Origin: an uncultured Actinomycetota bacterium
GTDB lineage: Bacteria > Actinomycetota > Actinomycetes > JAFAQI01
DNA: 64,000 nt
Direction of reading: 5' to 3'
Assembly: GCA_963770565.1 (NCBI GenBank)
Contig: CAVYQE010000001.1
Location: 384,001-448,000 of the forward strand
Program-made: the position numbers and the translations under genes
The notes under the pieces: model-generated
The model's database searches: none
Told to the model about the DNA's origin: nothing
Seen by the model: only the letters and a program-made list of their open reading frames with translations
Shown here: piece by piece, positions 50,501-59,925 of the stretch
Numbering within the stretch: the stretch's first letter is position 1
Layout of the letters: the number at the start of each line of letters is the position of its first letter

Positions 50501-52338
50501 CCACAACACGCCAGAACGGCGGCCCGCGACGCACCGCCAGGCCATTGCAAGCCGCGCACCCGCCGCACGTTCTGCGCGAGTACGCGCTGCTGGCCGACGG
50601 TGAGCGAGGAGCCGTCGTCGGCCCCCGCGGCGACATCGTCTGGCTCTGCGTACCCCGTTGGGACAGCGACGCCGTCTTCACCGCGCTCATCGGTGGGCGA
50701 GGCGCCTACACCGTGACGCCGGAGGATCGTTATGTCTGGGGCGGCTACTACGAAGGCGCGTCGATGATCTGGCGGCACCGGTGGACCACCCAGGCGGGAG
50801 TCGTCGAATGCCGGGACGCCCTGGCTTTTCCCGCCGATCCCGATCGCGTCATTCTGCTTCGGCAGCTACATGCGGTCGATGCGCCCGCGTCAGTAACAGT
50901 TGCGTTGGAACCCCATGTCGGCAACGACCAACACGCGATGCGCGACGTGCATCGACACGATGGGATCTGGACGGCCACCGTCGGGCGGTTGCACGTGCGC
51001 TGGAGCGGAGCCGGGGACGCCCGAGCGCGGCACGACGGCGAACAATTGATTCTCCCGTTGTCGTTGGACACAGGCGAACGTCGCGATCTCGTACTGGAAA
51101 TCGGCGCGCGGCCACTCCCCGACCAATTGGTCGACACTGACACAACCTGGCACGCCACCGAAGCCGCCTGGGCGAACGACATCCCCGACTTCGACGAAGG
51201 GCTTGCGCCCCGAGAGTGTCGACGCAGCTACGCGGTGCTGCGAGGTCTCACCAGCACGACCGGCGGCATGGTCGCCGCCGCCACCACAAGCCTTCCCGAA
51301 CGAGCCGAAGCCGGCCGCAACTACGACTATCGGTACGTCTGGATCCGCGACCAGTGCTACGCCGGTCTCGCGGGCGCCGCCGCCGGCGCGTTCCCGCTGC
51401 TGGACGACGCGGTCGGCTTCGTCACCGCGAGGCTGACGGATCATCGGGAACAGATGGCGCCCGCCTACACCACCCAGGGTGCGCCCGTCCCCGATCAGGA
51501 ACACCTAGGACTCGCTGGCTACCCCGGTGGCGACGACATCACCGGCAACTGGGTGAACCAACAGTTCCAGCTCGACGCGTTCGGTGAAGCCTTGCAGCTG
51601 CTTGCCGCTGCCGCGCGGCACGACCGGCTCGACAGCGACCAGTGGCGGGCCGCTGAGATCGCGGCCGCCGCGATCGAGCATCGCTGGACCGAGCCCGACG
51701 CCGGCATTTGGGAGATCGAGCCGAGGGCCTGGACCCACAGCCGACTGGCCGCCGCAGGAGGTCTGCGGGCTGTCGCCGCCGCACGGCCACGATCAACTCA
51801 AGCAGCCGACTGGCTGGCGCTCGCCGACCAGATCACCGCCGACACATCCACCAACGCACTGCACCCGAACGGTCACTGGCAGCGGTCGCCCGACGACCCC
51901 GGGCTCGACGCCTCACTGCTCCTACCCGGACTGCGTGGCGCCGTACCGTTCGACGATCTGCGGACCACCGGCACCCTCGATGCCTACCTGGCCGACCTCA
52001 CCATCGACGGCTACGCCTACCGCTACCGTCACGACCAACGGCCCATCGGTGAGGCCGAAGGATCCTTCCTGCTCTGCGGATTCATCACCGCCCTGGCTCT
52101 CCATCAACAAGGTCAAACGCTGGACGCCCGAGCCTGGTACGAACGCACCAGAGCCGCCACCGGACCGCCAGAACTGTTCAGCGAAGAGTACGACGTCACC
52201 CAACACCAGATGCGCGGCAACCTCCCGCAGGCCTTCGTCCACGCCCTCATGCTCGAAACCTCAACCCGACTCGCCCGCAACCCCGCAAAGATGCGGTTTC
52301 TGTGCGGAGAACGGGCCACAGGGAACATCGCGGACTAG
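50497..52338 (+). CDS. Glycoside hydrolase family 15 (glucoamylase/trehalase-like)
   Basis: YALLADG, WLCVPRWDS, AAATTSLPE..RNYDYRYVWIRD, QLDAFGE, DAGIWE, LFSEEYD, GNLPQAFVH. Confidence 0.93.
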   Translation: MTTTRQNGGPRRTARPLQAAHPPHVLREYALLADGERGAVVGPRGDIVWLCVPRWDSDAVFTALIGGRGAYTVTPEDRYVWGGYYEGASMIWRHRWTTQAGVVECRDALAFPADPDRVILLRQLHAVDAPASVTVALEPHVGNDQHAMRDVHRHDGIWTATVGRLHVRWSGAGDARARHDGEQLILPLSLDTGERRDLVLEIGARPLPDQLVDTDTTWHATEAAWANDIPDFDEGLAPRECRRSYAVLRGLTSTTGGMVAAATTSLPERAEAGRNYDYRYVWIRDQCYAGLAGAAAGAFPLLDDAVGFVTARLTDHREQMAPAYTTQGAPVPDQEHLGLAGYPGGDDITGNWVNQQFQLDAFGEALQLLAAAARHDRLDSDQWRAAEIAAAAIEHRWTEPDAGIWEIEPRAWTHSRLAAAGGLRAVAAARPRSTQAADWLALADQITADTSTNALHPNGHWQRSPDDPGLDASLLLPGLRGAVPFDDLRTTGTLDAYLADLTIDGYAYRYRHDQRPIGEAEGSFLLCGFITALALHQQGQTLDARAWYERTRAATGPPELFSEEYDVTQHQMRGNLPQAFVHALMLETSTRLARNPAKMRFLCGERATGNIAD

Positions 52339-52677
52339 CGCATGAGCCTCGACGTGCCTGGAAGGTCGCAGTCAGATGGGTATCAAGCCACGTGAGGTCG
52401 CGGCCGACCCTCACCGCGGCCGAAGGCTCGTCGTGCACCGAGCTGCTCGGGGCGTTAGCCCGGGCTCAGGTGGGTGCGGACCTCGTACTCGCGGATCTCG
52501 GGTGGTGCGAGGCCGAGTTCTTCCACCTCTTGGACTCGCCGGGTGGGGACAAGATGGGGACACGGTGTCGGATACACGACGCGGCTGCTGCAGCCGGAGG
52601 ACACTAGTGAGACGGGGATCATGCTCAGCCGCAACGTCATGTCACGGGTTGGCACGTATGGGACCCAGAAGTTGCGT

Positions 52678-52721
52678 CTTTTAGTCCGCGGGTTCCGGGT
52701 TCGATCCCCGGGCGGCCCACC
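52678..52721 (+). other. Second tRNA-Lys-derived 3' half (attR)
   Basis: CTTTTAGTCCGCGGGTTCCGGGTTCGATCCCCGGGCGGCCCACC; T-arm intact, no 5' half. Confidence 0.8.
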
Positions 52722-52811
52722 GCCTCCTGTGTTACTTCGGCTGATGCCTCTCGCTCGACCTTCGGGTGATGGGTGACACCTACTTCGGCTGATGGGTGAC
52801 ATTCTCGGGCT

Positions 52812-53633
52812 GTGACGACGCGACGACTGGCGCTCGGTTGCGAGTTCAGGTACGACGCCGCGATCCCGACGCTGGCGGTCTTTCAGGTCCAACCGACTGC
52901 CTCGGAGCGAGTCCGGTTGCGATCCGAGCGTTGGTCTTCGACTCCCCCGGCTGCGCTGCACGGCTACGTGGATCTGTACGGCAACCCGTGTACTCGAGTG
53001 GTGCTACCTCTTGGTCGGTCGACCTTCCGATACGACGCCGACGTCGAGGTACCGGACGCGCCCGAAGACGTGGATGAGGCCGCACGCGAGATCGCTCCGG
53101 CCGACCTACCGGACGACGTGCTGATCTACACCTTGCCGAGCCGGTACTGCCTGCCCGACGTGCTCGGCGATGAGGCCTGGGCGCTGTTCGGGTCCCGGCC
53201 GCGTGGCTACGGCCGGGTGCGGGCCATCTGCGATCACGTCCACTCGCATCTGACGTTCCGGTACGGCAGCTCGACGGCCTGGTCGACGGCGGCCGACGTC
53301 AACAGCACCAGACTCGGTGTTTGTCGCGACTACACGCATCTCGCGATCTCGTTCTGCCGGGCGCTGAACATCCCGGCCCGATACGTCTTCGGCTACCTCC
53401 CCGACCTGGACGTCTCGATCGAGTCGTCGACGATGGACTTCGCGGCGTGGATGGAGGTGTGGCTCGACGACGCATGGTGGACTTTCGACCCGCGCAACAA
53501 CATGCCGCGAAAGGGCCGGGTGGTGATCGGTAGCGGTCGCGACGCAAGTGATGTCGCGATGGCGACCACCTTCGGCGGCCCTCATCTCGAGGCGATGACC
53601 GTGCGCGCGGAGGAGGTGCGGCGATGGGATTAG
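52812..53633 (+). CDS. Transglutaminase-like family protein
   Basis: YTLPSRYC, GVCRDYTHL, CRALNIPARYVFGY, DFAAWMEVWL, FDPRNN, GRDASDV. Confidence 0.92.
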   Translation: MTTRRLALGCEFRYDAAIPTLAVFQVQPTASERVRLRSERWSSTPPAALHGYVDLYGNPCTRVVLPLGRSTFRYDADVEVPDAPEDVDEAAREIAPADLPDDVLIYTLPSRYCLPDVLGDEAWALFGSRPRGYGRVRAICDHVHSHLTFRYGSSTAWSTAADVNSTRLGVCRDYTHLAISFCRALNIPARYVFGYLPDLDVSIESSTMDFAAWMEVWLDDAWWTFDPRNNMPRKGRVVIGSGRDASDVAMATTFGGPHLEAMTVRAEEVRRWD

Positions 53634-54169
53634 CATCGGCTCTCGTGCTCGCTTCACAGGTCTATGACCCTGGGCAGTGGAACGACTTCTTCATCCTGGT
53701 AGGCACTGGCTCCGCCACCCTTGCCGGCCTGGTGTTCTTAGCGATGACCATCAACCTCAAAGGTCTGGCTGGAGATGCCACGCACAGGTATCGGGCCATC
53801 AACATGCTCACTGGCTTCACGTCGGTATTCGTCGTGGGTTCTCTAGCGTTGATGGGGCACCAGACCCACCGCACCTTGGGCGTCGAGTGGTTGATCGTGT
53901 CCCTGCTGGCAACAGCGGTGAACACCAACGGATATGTACAGGCATTCAGGCGGCGCGGCAGCCTCTATGCCCTCGGCCCTTTTCGGATGGTGGGCGGAAG
54001 CGCGTGCTATCTGGGCCAGATCGTTGGCTCCTTGATGTTGTTGTTCGGTGCTCGAGCCGGAACGTATGTCGCCGCAACAGCGCTAATCGTCAATTTCGGC
54101 TTCCTGATCTCAGGCTCATGGCTTCTGATCCTGGGCACGTTGCAGAGCTCTGATCAAGCCTCAGCGTGA
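53624..54169 (+). CDS. Membrane protein
   Basis: WNDFF..GTGSATLAGLVFLAMTIN; five TM segments. Confidence 0.75.
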   Translation: MGLASALVLASQVYDPGQWNDFFILVGTGSATLAGLVFLAMTINLKGLAGDATHRYRAINMLTGFTSVFVVGSLALMGHQTHRTLGVEWLIVSLLATAVNTNGYVQAFRRRGSLYALGPFRMVGGSACYLGQIVGSLMLLFGARAGTYVAATALIVNFGFLISGSWLLILGTLQSSDQASA

Positions 54170-54747
54170 TCCTGCGCCGCCTTCGCGAGCGCTTTCATCT
54201 GCTTCTTGTGGTCGCGCACCTTGGTGAGCGACGCGTTGTCGACGATGTCGGCGACCGACAGGTACGAGCCCGCCGCGCCGAAGTCGCCAGCCCCCGCACG
54301 CCAACCGTTCGGCCGCACGCCGTACTGCTTGCCGAGCAAGGCGACGAAGATCTTGGCCTTGTGCCGGCCGAAGCCGGGCAGTGCCTCGATCCGCTTGCGC
54401 AGGTCCTCGCCGGACTTCACGGCCGCCCAGATGTGCTCGGGCACTCCGTCGTAGTCGGCCACGATGATCCGGCACAGCTCCTGCACCCGTCCGGCCATCG
54501 AGCTCGGGAACCGGTGTATGGCGGGCGGCGTGGCGAAGACCTTCGCCATCGCCTCGGGGTCCCGCGCGGCGAGGTCTGCGGCGTCGAGGTCGCGACCGAG
54601 CCGGTTCGCGATCGTCAGCGGGCCGGTGAACGCCCATTCCAGCGGGATCTGCTGGTCCAGCACCATCCCGATCAGCAGAGCGAGCGGGCTGCCGGACAGC
54701 AGGGCGTCAGCGTCAGGATTCTGCGCGAGGCAGATCGTCGCGGCCAC
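54154..54747 (-). CDS. HhH-GPD-type base-excision repair family protein (actinobacterial)
   Basis: LLIGMVLDQQIPLEWAF, PAIHRFP, LPGFGRHKAKIF, SVADI. Confidence 0.88.
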   Translation of the reverse strand: MAATICLAQNPDADALLSGSPLALLIGMVLDQQIPLEWAFTGPLTIANRLGRDLDAADLAARDPEAMAKVFATPPAIHRFPSSMAGRVQELCRIIVADYDGVPEHIWAAVKSGEDLRKRIEALPGFGRHKAKIFVALLGKQYGVRPNGWRAGAGDFGAAGSYLSVADIVDNASLTKVRDHKKQMKALAKAAQDHAEA

Positions 54748-54846
54748 CGGAAAACGGTACCGCCCGGGCTCGCCGGGCACCTACCCCACGCATGGGCCAT
54801 CCGTGGGGCTATAGCCCCACCGATGGGCCATGCGTGTGGCTGCGCG

Positions 54847-56223
54847 TCACGGGAAGACGCCGCAACCTTTCGGGTACGCCGCCTGGATCGTCTTGTCGAA
54901 CAGCGTCGCTTCTCCCAGGCTGGCGGACAAACCGAAGAAGCTGGCATCGGCGCCGGCGACCCCTTCGATCTCCATCTGCCGCGTATCGCAGCCGGGGCCG
55001 TACGTGGAGATGCCGGTGCTGCCGAGCAGGGTGATGTTGCCTGCGACGTTGAGGCCCTTGGTCCCGAGCCCGAGCTCGATCTGGGGCATCTGCGCGCCGA
55101 AGATGAAGCTCAGCGGACCCTTGTTCACGGCATCCGCGGCGTTCAGGATGATGTCGCTCAGGCCCTTGATCACTCCAGCGCCCGAGGTCGCGCCTGACTT
55201 CGCCATGCTGAAGCCGCCCTCGCCGTTGTAGCTGAAGGTGTAGCTGCCGCTGATCTTCTGGTCGAAGCCGGAGAAGCCGGCGCTGGCAAAGAAGGCCACC
55301 TTGATGCCGAGGAAGAACGGCACCGGCCCGACGAAGAACGGCACCGCGAGCTCGGCCGGCAACGTGATCTTGATCCCGCCCGCCTGACCGAGCCCGAAGG
55401 CTGAGATCGGTTTGGCGGAGTAGGTCAGCTTGAACTCGCCTTTGAGGTGGTTGGCCAGCATCTTGGCCTTGCTGACCGCCCCGTCAGCGATCGCCATGTT
55501 CCCGGTCGTCGTCAGGTTGTCGAGCGTTCCAGTGATCTTCGCTTCGACGTCGACGGGCTTGGACTTGCTGATGGTGATCTCGACCGCAACAGCCTTGCCT
55601 TGCTGCTTGAAGTTCGCCGAATAGCTGTAGGAGTGGGTCTTGCCCTTGAGCGTGATCCCCTTGCTGGACATCGGGACCAGGCCGAACCGCGCCGCTATGG
55701 ATGGCGACGTTCCGCCCGCTCGGCGTACGTCCTCGGCCGGGACCGCCGACCCACCAAGTCCGTAGCCATTGGCGAAGTTGATCGACTTGTTCCACGACAG
55801 CGTGCCGTTCGCGATCAGGTCGGTGAGGGCGGCCGGCTTGGTGCTGACGACGAGATGGCCATGCGACTTTGCGGTCTTGGTGACGTTACGCACCGCGATG
55901 TGCTCAAGCAGCATGACGCTGCCGGTCTTGAGCTTCGCCAGCGCTCCCGTCTTTGACTTGAACGTGTATGTCGCACCGTTCGGGGACACCGAGAGCAACT
56001 GCTTCTTGATCGTCGCGGTGGGGACCAGGACGGTTTGCTTCGTGTACTTGATGGCGCCCGCGTGAGGCGTCGCGGCATTCTCGCGGTGCACGACTGCTGC
56101 CCCAGCAGCGGGTACGACGGCTGCGGTGGCGAGCACCAGCCCGACTGCGGTGGCCGACACGAGCCGGCGCCGGGCCGAGCGCCTGATGCCGGGGCGTCCT
56201 GGATTCGTCGAGTCGTTGCGCAA
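54847..56223 (-). CDS. Secreted beta-rich hypothetical protein
   Basis: TTG start after GGAGGGGGAG; signal peptide ending AGA; Lys/Thr/Gly-rich. Confidence 0.75.
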   Translation of the reverse strand: MRNDSTNPGRPGIRRSARRRLVSATAVGLVLATAAVVPAAGAAVVHRENAATPHAGAIKYTKQTVLVPTATIKKQLLSVSPNGATYTFKSKTGALAKLKTGSVMLLEHIAVRNVTKTAKSHGHLVVSTKPAALTDLIANGTLSWNKSINFANGYGLGGSAVPAEDVRRAGGTSPSIAARFGLVPMSSKGITLKGKTHSYSYSANFKQQGKAVAVEITISKSKPVDVEAKITGTLDNLTTTGNMAIADGAVSKAKMLANHLKGEFKLTYSAKPISAFGLGQAGGIKITLPAELAVPFFVGPVPFFLGIKVAFFASAGFSGFDQKISGSYTFSYNGEGGFSMAKSGATSGAGVIKGLSDIILNAADAVNKGPLSFIFGAQMPQIELGLGTKGLNVAGNITLLGSTGISTYGPGCDTRQMEIEGVAGADASFFGLSASLGEATLFDKTIQAAYPKGCGVFP

Positions 56224-56263
56224 CGCTCCCCCTCCGAGAAGTTCCGGTCGCGATCGTAGACCG

Positions 56264-57631
56264 TTACAGCTCGACACCCGCCTCGCGATAGATCGCGACA
56301 CACGCATCCCGAGTCTCCGGCGGGAGTTGCGCCATGCCGGCTCGCACCGCGTCGATCTTCATCTGCCGGTACGCCGCCGGCGTCGCAACGATGGACGCCG
56401 CCATCATCTGCGCCGAGTTGACCGCCATCTGGTGAAACTGGTCCGCGCTGATCGGCGGTGCCGACGACGGCGGTGGCGCGGCGGCCAGCTGGGCCGCGCT
56501 CGACATCTGCTGCGCCGCGAGCCGCATCGCATCGTCGATCGCACCCTGCAACCCGGCCGGCACGTGCTTGTTCGCGCGCCCCATCTGCCGGCCGGCGTCG
56601 CGCAGCATCGCGGCCGCCTCGGGTGGCATCCCACCCTGGTCGGCGAGGTCGCGGGCTGCCTGCGCCGCCTGCTCGGTACCCGTCCCGTCCGCCAGGTTCG
56701 GCGCCGGCATCCCGGTGCCCTGCTGGAGCTCCTGAATCTGCGCCGCCCGGGCGTCGACCTGCTCCTGCATCAGCTGGCCGACCTTCGCCATCCGCTCTGG
56801 CACCTCGTCCCACACGACCTGAACGTCGTTCGGGTCGGTGAGCGAGACCTCGACCGGCAGCCACGGATAGAGCGTCGGATCCAGATTCACCGGCTTGGAC
56901 CGCGGCGACTTGAAGTGCCTGATGAGGACGGCGTACGGCGACCCGCCTGGGACGCTGACGGTGAGGACGGTGTCGTTGCCGCGGATCGACCGCTGCGGAC
57001 CGGGGTTCTCACGATCGACGGCAGGCGAGCCGTCGAGGTTGTGCTCGATGCTGCGCATCTCCATCCGGATCGCAGTCAGGATCGCAACCGCCCGGGTCTT
57101 GCCCGGTGCCGCCGGCTTGGACGGTGCGGCCGCCAGCTCGCGGTCGAAGTCCTCGAACCATGAGGAGGTGTCGAGCGACGGCCGCGGGACGTAGGACGCT
57201 GCCGGGTTGGTGCCGATCCAGGCCTGCGACGACACCCGGGAGATCACGCCGCTCGGCGCGTCCGCCGGAGTCGGGGCCGCCTTCGCCGCGGCCAAGGCCG
57301 CAGCTCGGGCAGCCCGTGGGTCAGCGACGACCGCGTCGTTGGCAGCCACGAGTTGCTCGATCGTTGGCACCTGGTCGAAGTCGATCTCGAACGGCTTGAC
57401 GCGATCGAGCTTGTCGGGATCGACGTCGATGGTGACTCTGAGGCCCGGCAGCAGCCAGCGGTCCTTCGGCAATGGCACCACCGACCGGAGATTCGCCGCA
57501 CCGCCACCAGCATCGGCGACCAACCAGACCCAGTCGCCGTAGTGCGGTACGACGAGGCTGTGCGGCGGTGCCGCCGCGTCGGTCACCATCGCCTCGACGG
57601 TCAGGGTGCGGGATCGGCCGGGCAACTTCAT
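56264..57631 (-). CDS. Hypothetical protein with two similar beta domains and a Gln/Ala/Met-rich tail
   Basis: VTIDVDPD..FEIDFDQVP versus LPVEVSLTDPNDVQVVWDEVP; GGAGG RBS. Confidence 0.7.
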   Translation of the reverse strand: MKLPGRSRTLTVEAMVTDAAAPPHSLVVPHYGDWVWLVADAGGGAANLRSVVPLPKDRWLLPGLRVTIDVDPDKLDRVKPFEIDFDQVPTIEQLVAANDAVVADPRAARAAALAAAKAAPTPADAPSGVISRVSSQAWIGTNPAASYVPRPSLDTSSWFEDFDRELAAAPSKPAAPGKTRAVAILTAIRMEMRSIEHNLDGSPAVDRENPGPQRSIRGNDTVLTVSVPGGSPYAVLIRHFKSPRSKPVNLDPTLYPWLPVEVSLTDPNDVQVVWDEVPERMAKVGQLMQEQVDARAAQIQELQQGTGMPAPNLADGTGTEQAAQAARDLADQGGMPPEAAAMLRDAGRQMGRANKHVPAGLQGAIDDAMRLAAQQMSSAAQLAAAPPPSSAPPISADQFHQMAVNSAQMMAASIVATPAAYRQMKIDAVRAGMAQLPPETRDACVAIYREAGVEL

Positions 57632-57725
57632 GTCGAACCTCCCGCGAAGACCTTCGCCACGAGATGGTGCTCGCCGCATCATCGCAGTGCCGTTCGACGC
57701 CGACAACCGGCACAAGGAGCGACGG

Positions 57726-58031
57726 TCAGGGCCGCGACTGAAGCCACCAAGCCGCGTCGAGAGCCTGCTCGACTGCCACCGGCGTTGCCTTGGCCAGATT
57801 GACCGCCACCATCATGTGGGCGCGGAACCGGGTGGGCACCCAGAACATGTCGGGGAACTGCTCGACCAACGCCGACCGCGCGTCGAACTCGGTCCGGATC
57901 GCGATCGAGCGGGCGCCCAGCTGCCGGGCGACGAGGCGCCCGTGGAGCCGCCAAACCCGCAGCCCATTCTGTGTCCCGAGGTGTACCCCGTCGAGGCGGC
58001 TGGCCAGTGCCTCGACCTCATCCCAGCGCAT
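57726..58031 (-). CDS. MmcQ/YjbR-like DNA-binding protein
   Basis: MRWDEVEALA..LDGV..WRLHGRLVAR..LVEQFPDMF..ALDAAW. Confidence 0.65.
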   Translation of the reverse strand: MRWDEVEALASRLDGVHLGTQNGLRVWRLHGRLVARQLGARSIAIRTEFDARSALVEQFPDMFWVPTRFRAHMMVAVNLAKATPVAVEQALDAAWWLQSRP

Positions 58032-58980
58032 CGTCGTGCCGCCGGCGGGTGATCTGTGAAGCGTCGGTCCCGACCCCGCCGACGTACTGCATGGGGTCGC
58101 CCGAACCGAGGTCACCGATACCCGCGGACTCCAGCGCACCGATCGCGATGGTGCGGCGGAAGGCCGCGAAGGTCAGGACATGGGCCAGGACGCCGGCATA
58201 GCTGAAGGTTCTCGGCGGGTCACACATCGCGTCGATGAAGGTGTCGCCGCCTCGTCCCGCCGCCACCGGGTCCAGCACCAGTTCCTGGAACTTCGGGCCG
58301 GCCGCGGCGAGCCGGGTCCGCATGCCGGCCGGCGAGCGATCGGTCGGCTGCGGCATCTCGGTGCCCCCTTCGAGTGAGGTCACCCACATCTCGAGCTGCC
58401 CGACCAGCCGGTCCATCGTTCCGCGCAGCGTCATGTCGGCATCGATGCTCTCGACCGAGAGCTCGATCGGGGCGTCAAGCGTGGCGGGGTCGAGCTGGTC
58501 GGCGCGGTCGATGATCTCGGCGACCAAGGTCAGATGGTGGTCGAGCATGCCGGTAACGACATCCATGGTGGTGCTCCTCGAACTTGCCGGAAGCCGAAGT
58601 CCTCCGGGCGGGTGGAAGTGGATTCCGCTCGTCGCCGGCAACCGGTAGTCCGGATCGGCGGCGGAGCGAAACTGTGACGGTGAGACCCCGAACCCACGCG
58701 CGAACGCGCGGGTGAAGGCCTCCGGGGAACCGAAGTCCGCCTCGACCGCGACATCGAGTACGGAGCGGGTCGAGGTGATCAGCCGATAGGCGGCTCGCTC
58801 CAGGAGGACCCGACGGCGGAATGCCGCGGGTGGCTCGCCGAAGGTCGCCGAAACCAGCCGGTCGAAGTGGAACCGCGACAGGTACGCGCGCTCCGCAAGC
58901 TGAGTGCCGGTCACGTCGCGCTCCTCGAGGCTGGACTGAAGCACCCCGAGATAGCTGCGGAGCCGGTCCTCGCTGGTCAC
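58018..58980 (-). CDS. AraC-family regulator fused to a DinB-like domain
   Basis: LAERAYLSRFHFDRLV..GEPP..RRRVLLERAAYRL, FGSPEAFTRAF; C-terminal VLAHVLTFAAFRR. Confidence 0.88.
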   Translation of the reverse strand: MTSEDRLRSYLGVLQSSLEERDVTGTQLAERAYLSRFHFDRLVSATFGEPPAAFRRRVLLERAAYRLITSTRSVLDVAVEADFGSPEAFTRAFARGFGVSPSQFRSAADPDYRLPATSGIHFHPPGGLRLPASSRSTTMDVVTGMLDHHLTLVAEIIDRADQLDPATLDAPIELSVESIDADMTLRGTMDRLVGQLEMWVTSLEGGTEMPQPTDRSPAGMRTRLAAAGPKFQELVLDPVAAGRGGDTFIDAMCDPPRTFSYAGVLAHVLTFAAFRRTIAIGALESAGIGDLGSGDPMQYVGGVGTDASQITRRRHDDALG

Positions 58981-59045
58981 CCCCGAAGTCTCACGCCTGA
59001 GATGCCCGCGTGTCCTGATCGTTCTTGCGGTTCGGAGAATGGGTG

Positions 59046-59094
59046 TTGACAAGACATCTAGTGACAAGGTACCTTGTGACAAGACATCTAGTGA
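59046..59094. promoter_or_regulatory. Three tandem 15-bp repeats (TGACAAGACATCTAG / TGACAAGGTACCTTG / TGACAAGACATCTAG) overlapping TTGACA; candidate operator
   Basis: Directly visible between two divergent regulator units. Confidence 0.6.
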
Positions 59095-59119
59095 AGGTCG
59101 CTGACGAGAGGATAGTGCG

Positions 59120-59308
59120 ATGCACCCCGCATTCGCAGAAGAGCTGGTCCGCCAGCGGATGGAAGAGCTGCACCGGCGTCCGATTGGTAGGCAGCAGCGC
59201 GACCGGGTGGCACTGCACCGGGTGCGGCGCTCGACCGGGTGGTTCCTGGTCAACCTCGGGCTGCGGCTCGCGGCGCCGACCACCTCGTTGTCGCCCGCGG
59301 CCCGATGA
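59120..59308 (+). CDS. Small hypothetical protein
   Basis: ELVRQRMEEL..RRSTGWFLVNLGLRLA; ATGA overlap with the downstream HTH gene. Confidence 0.6.
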   Translation: MHPAFAEELVRQRMEELHRRPIGRQQRDRVALHRVRRSTGWFLVNLGLRLAAPTTSLSPAAR

Positions 59309-59920
59309 GCGCTGCTCGCGCCAAGCCCGAGAAGGACAGCCCGGCCCGCGCCGTCCGCAAGGTCACCGACCCACTCGCGATGCGCGCCTTGGCGCATCCG
59401 ATGCGGATCGCCCTGCTCGAGGCGCTGTCCCGGGAAGGGCCGTTGACCGCGACGCGTGCCGCGGAGCTCCTCGACGACTCGCCGGGCAACATGTCCTGGC
59501 ATCTGCAGACGCTGGCCAAGTACGGCTACGTTGAGGAGGCCGGTGGCGGTCACGGCCGCAGTCGGCCGTGGAAGGCTGTGAACGTCACCTACGACTTCGA
59601 CACCACGACGGACAACGCCGACGTTGCGACTGCGGGCGAGGCGCTCGAAGCCAGCATTCAGGAGCTCAACTACAAAGCGTTGCAGGAGTGGTGGGCCAAG
59701 CGCCGATCGTTCCCGGTGAAGTGGCGCCGATCCGCGTTCTCGTCCAACTCGGTCACGTACCTGACGTCCCAGGAGCTGAAACAGCTCGGCCAAGACTTTG
59801 CGAAGCTGGTGCTCGCTTACTCCGACCGCCACGACAAGGACAAGCGACCCGCTGCGGCGCTACCGGTCCACCTCGTGGCGTACGGGCACCCGATGCCGCC
59901 ATCACCGACCGGGAGACTGA
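59305..59920 (+). CDS. ArsR-like winged-helix regulator (true stop probably TGA at 59,918-20; homopolymer indel)
   Basis: DPLAMRALAHPMRIALL..GPLTATRAAE..SWHLQTLAKYGYVEE..RSRPW. Confidence 0.85.
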
Positions 59921-59925
59921 CTCAG

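Larger units (their letters stand above)
35409..52721. mobile_element. ~17.3-kb genomic island between two tRNA-Lys 3' fragments, no integrase inside
   Basis: Flanking tRNA-Lys halves; identical TGGGGACAAGATGGGGACACGG just inside both ends (35592, 52544). Confidence 0.7.
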
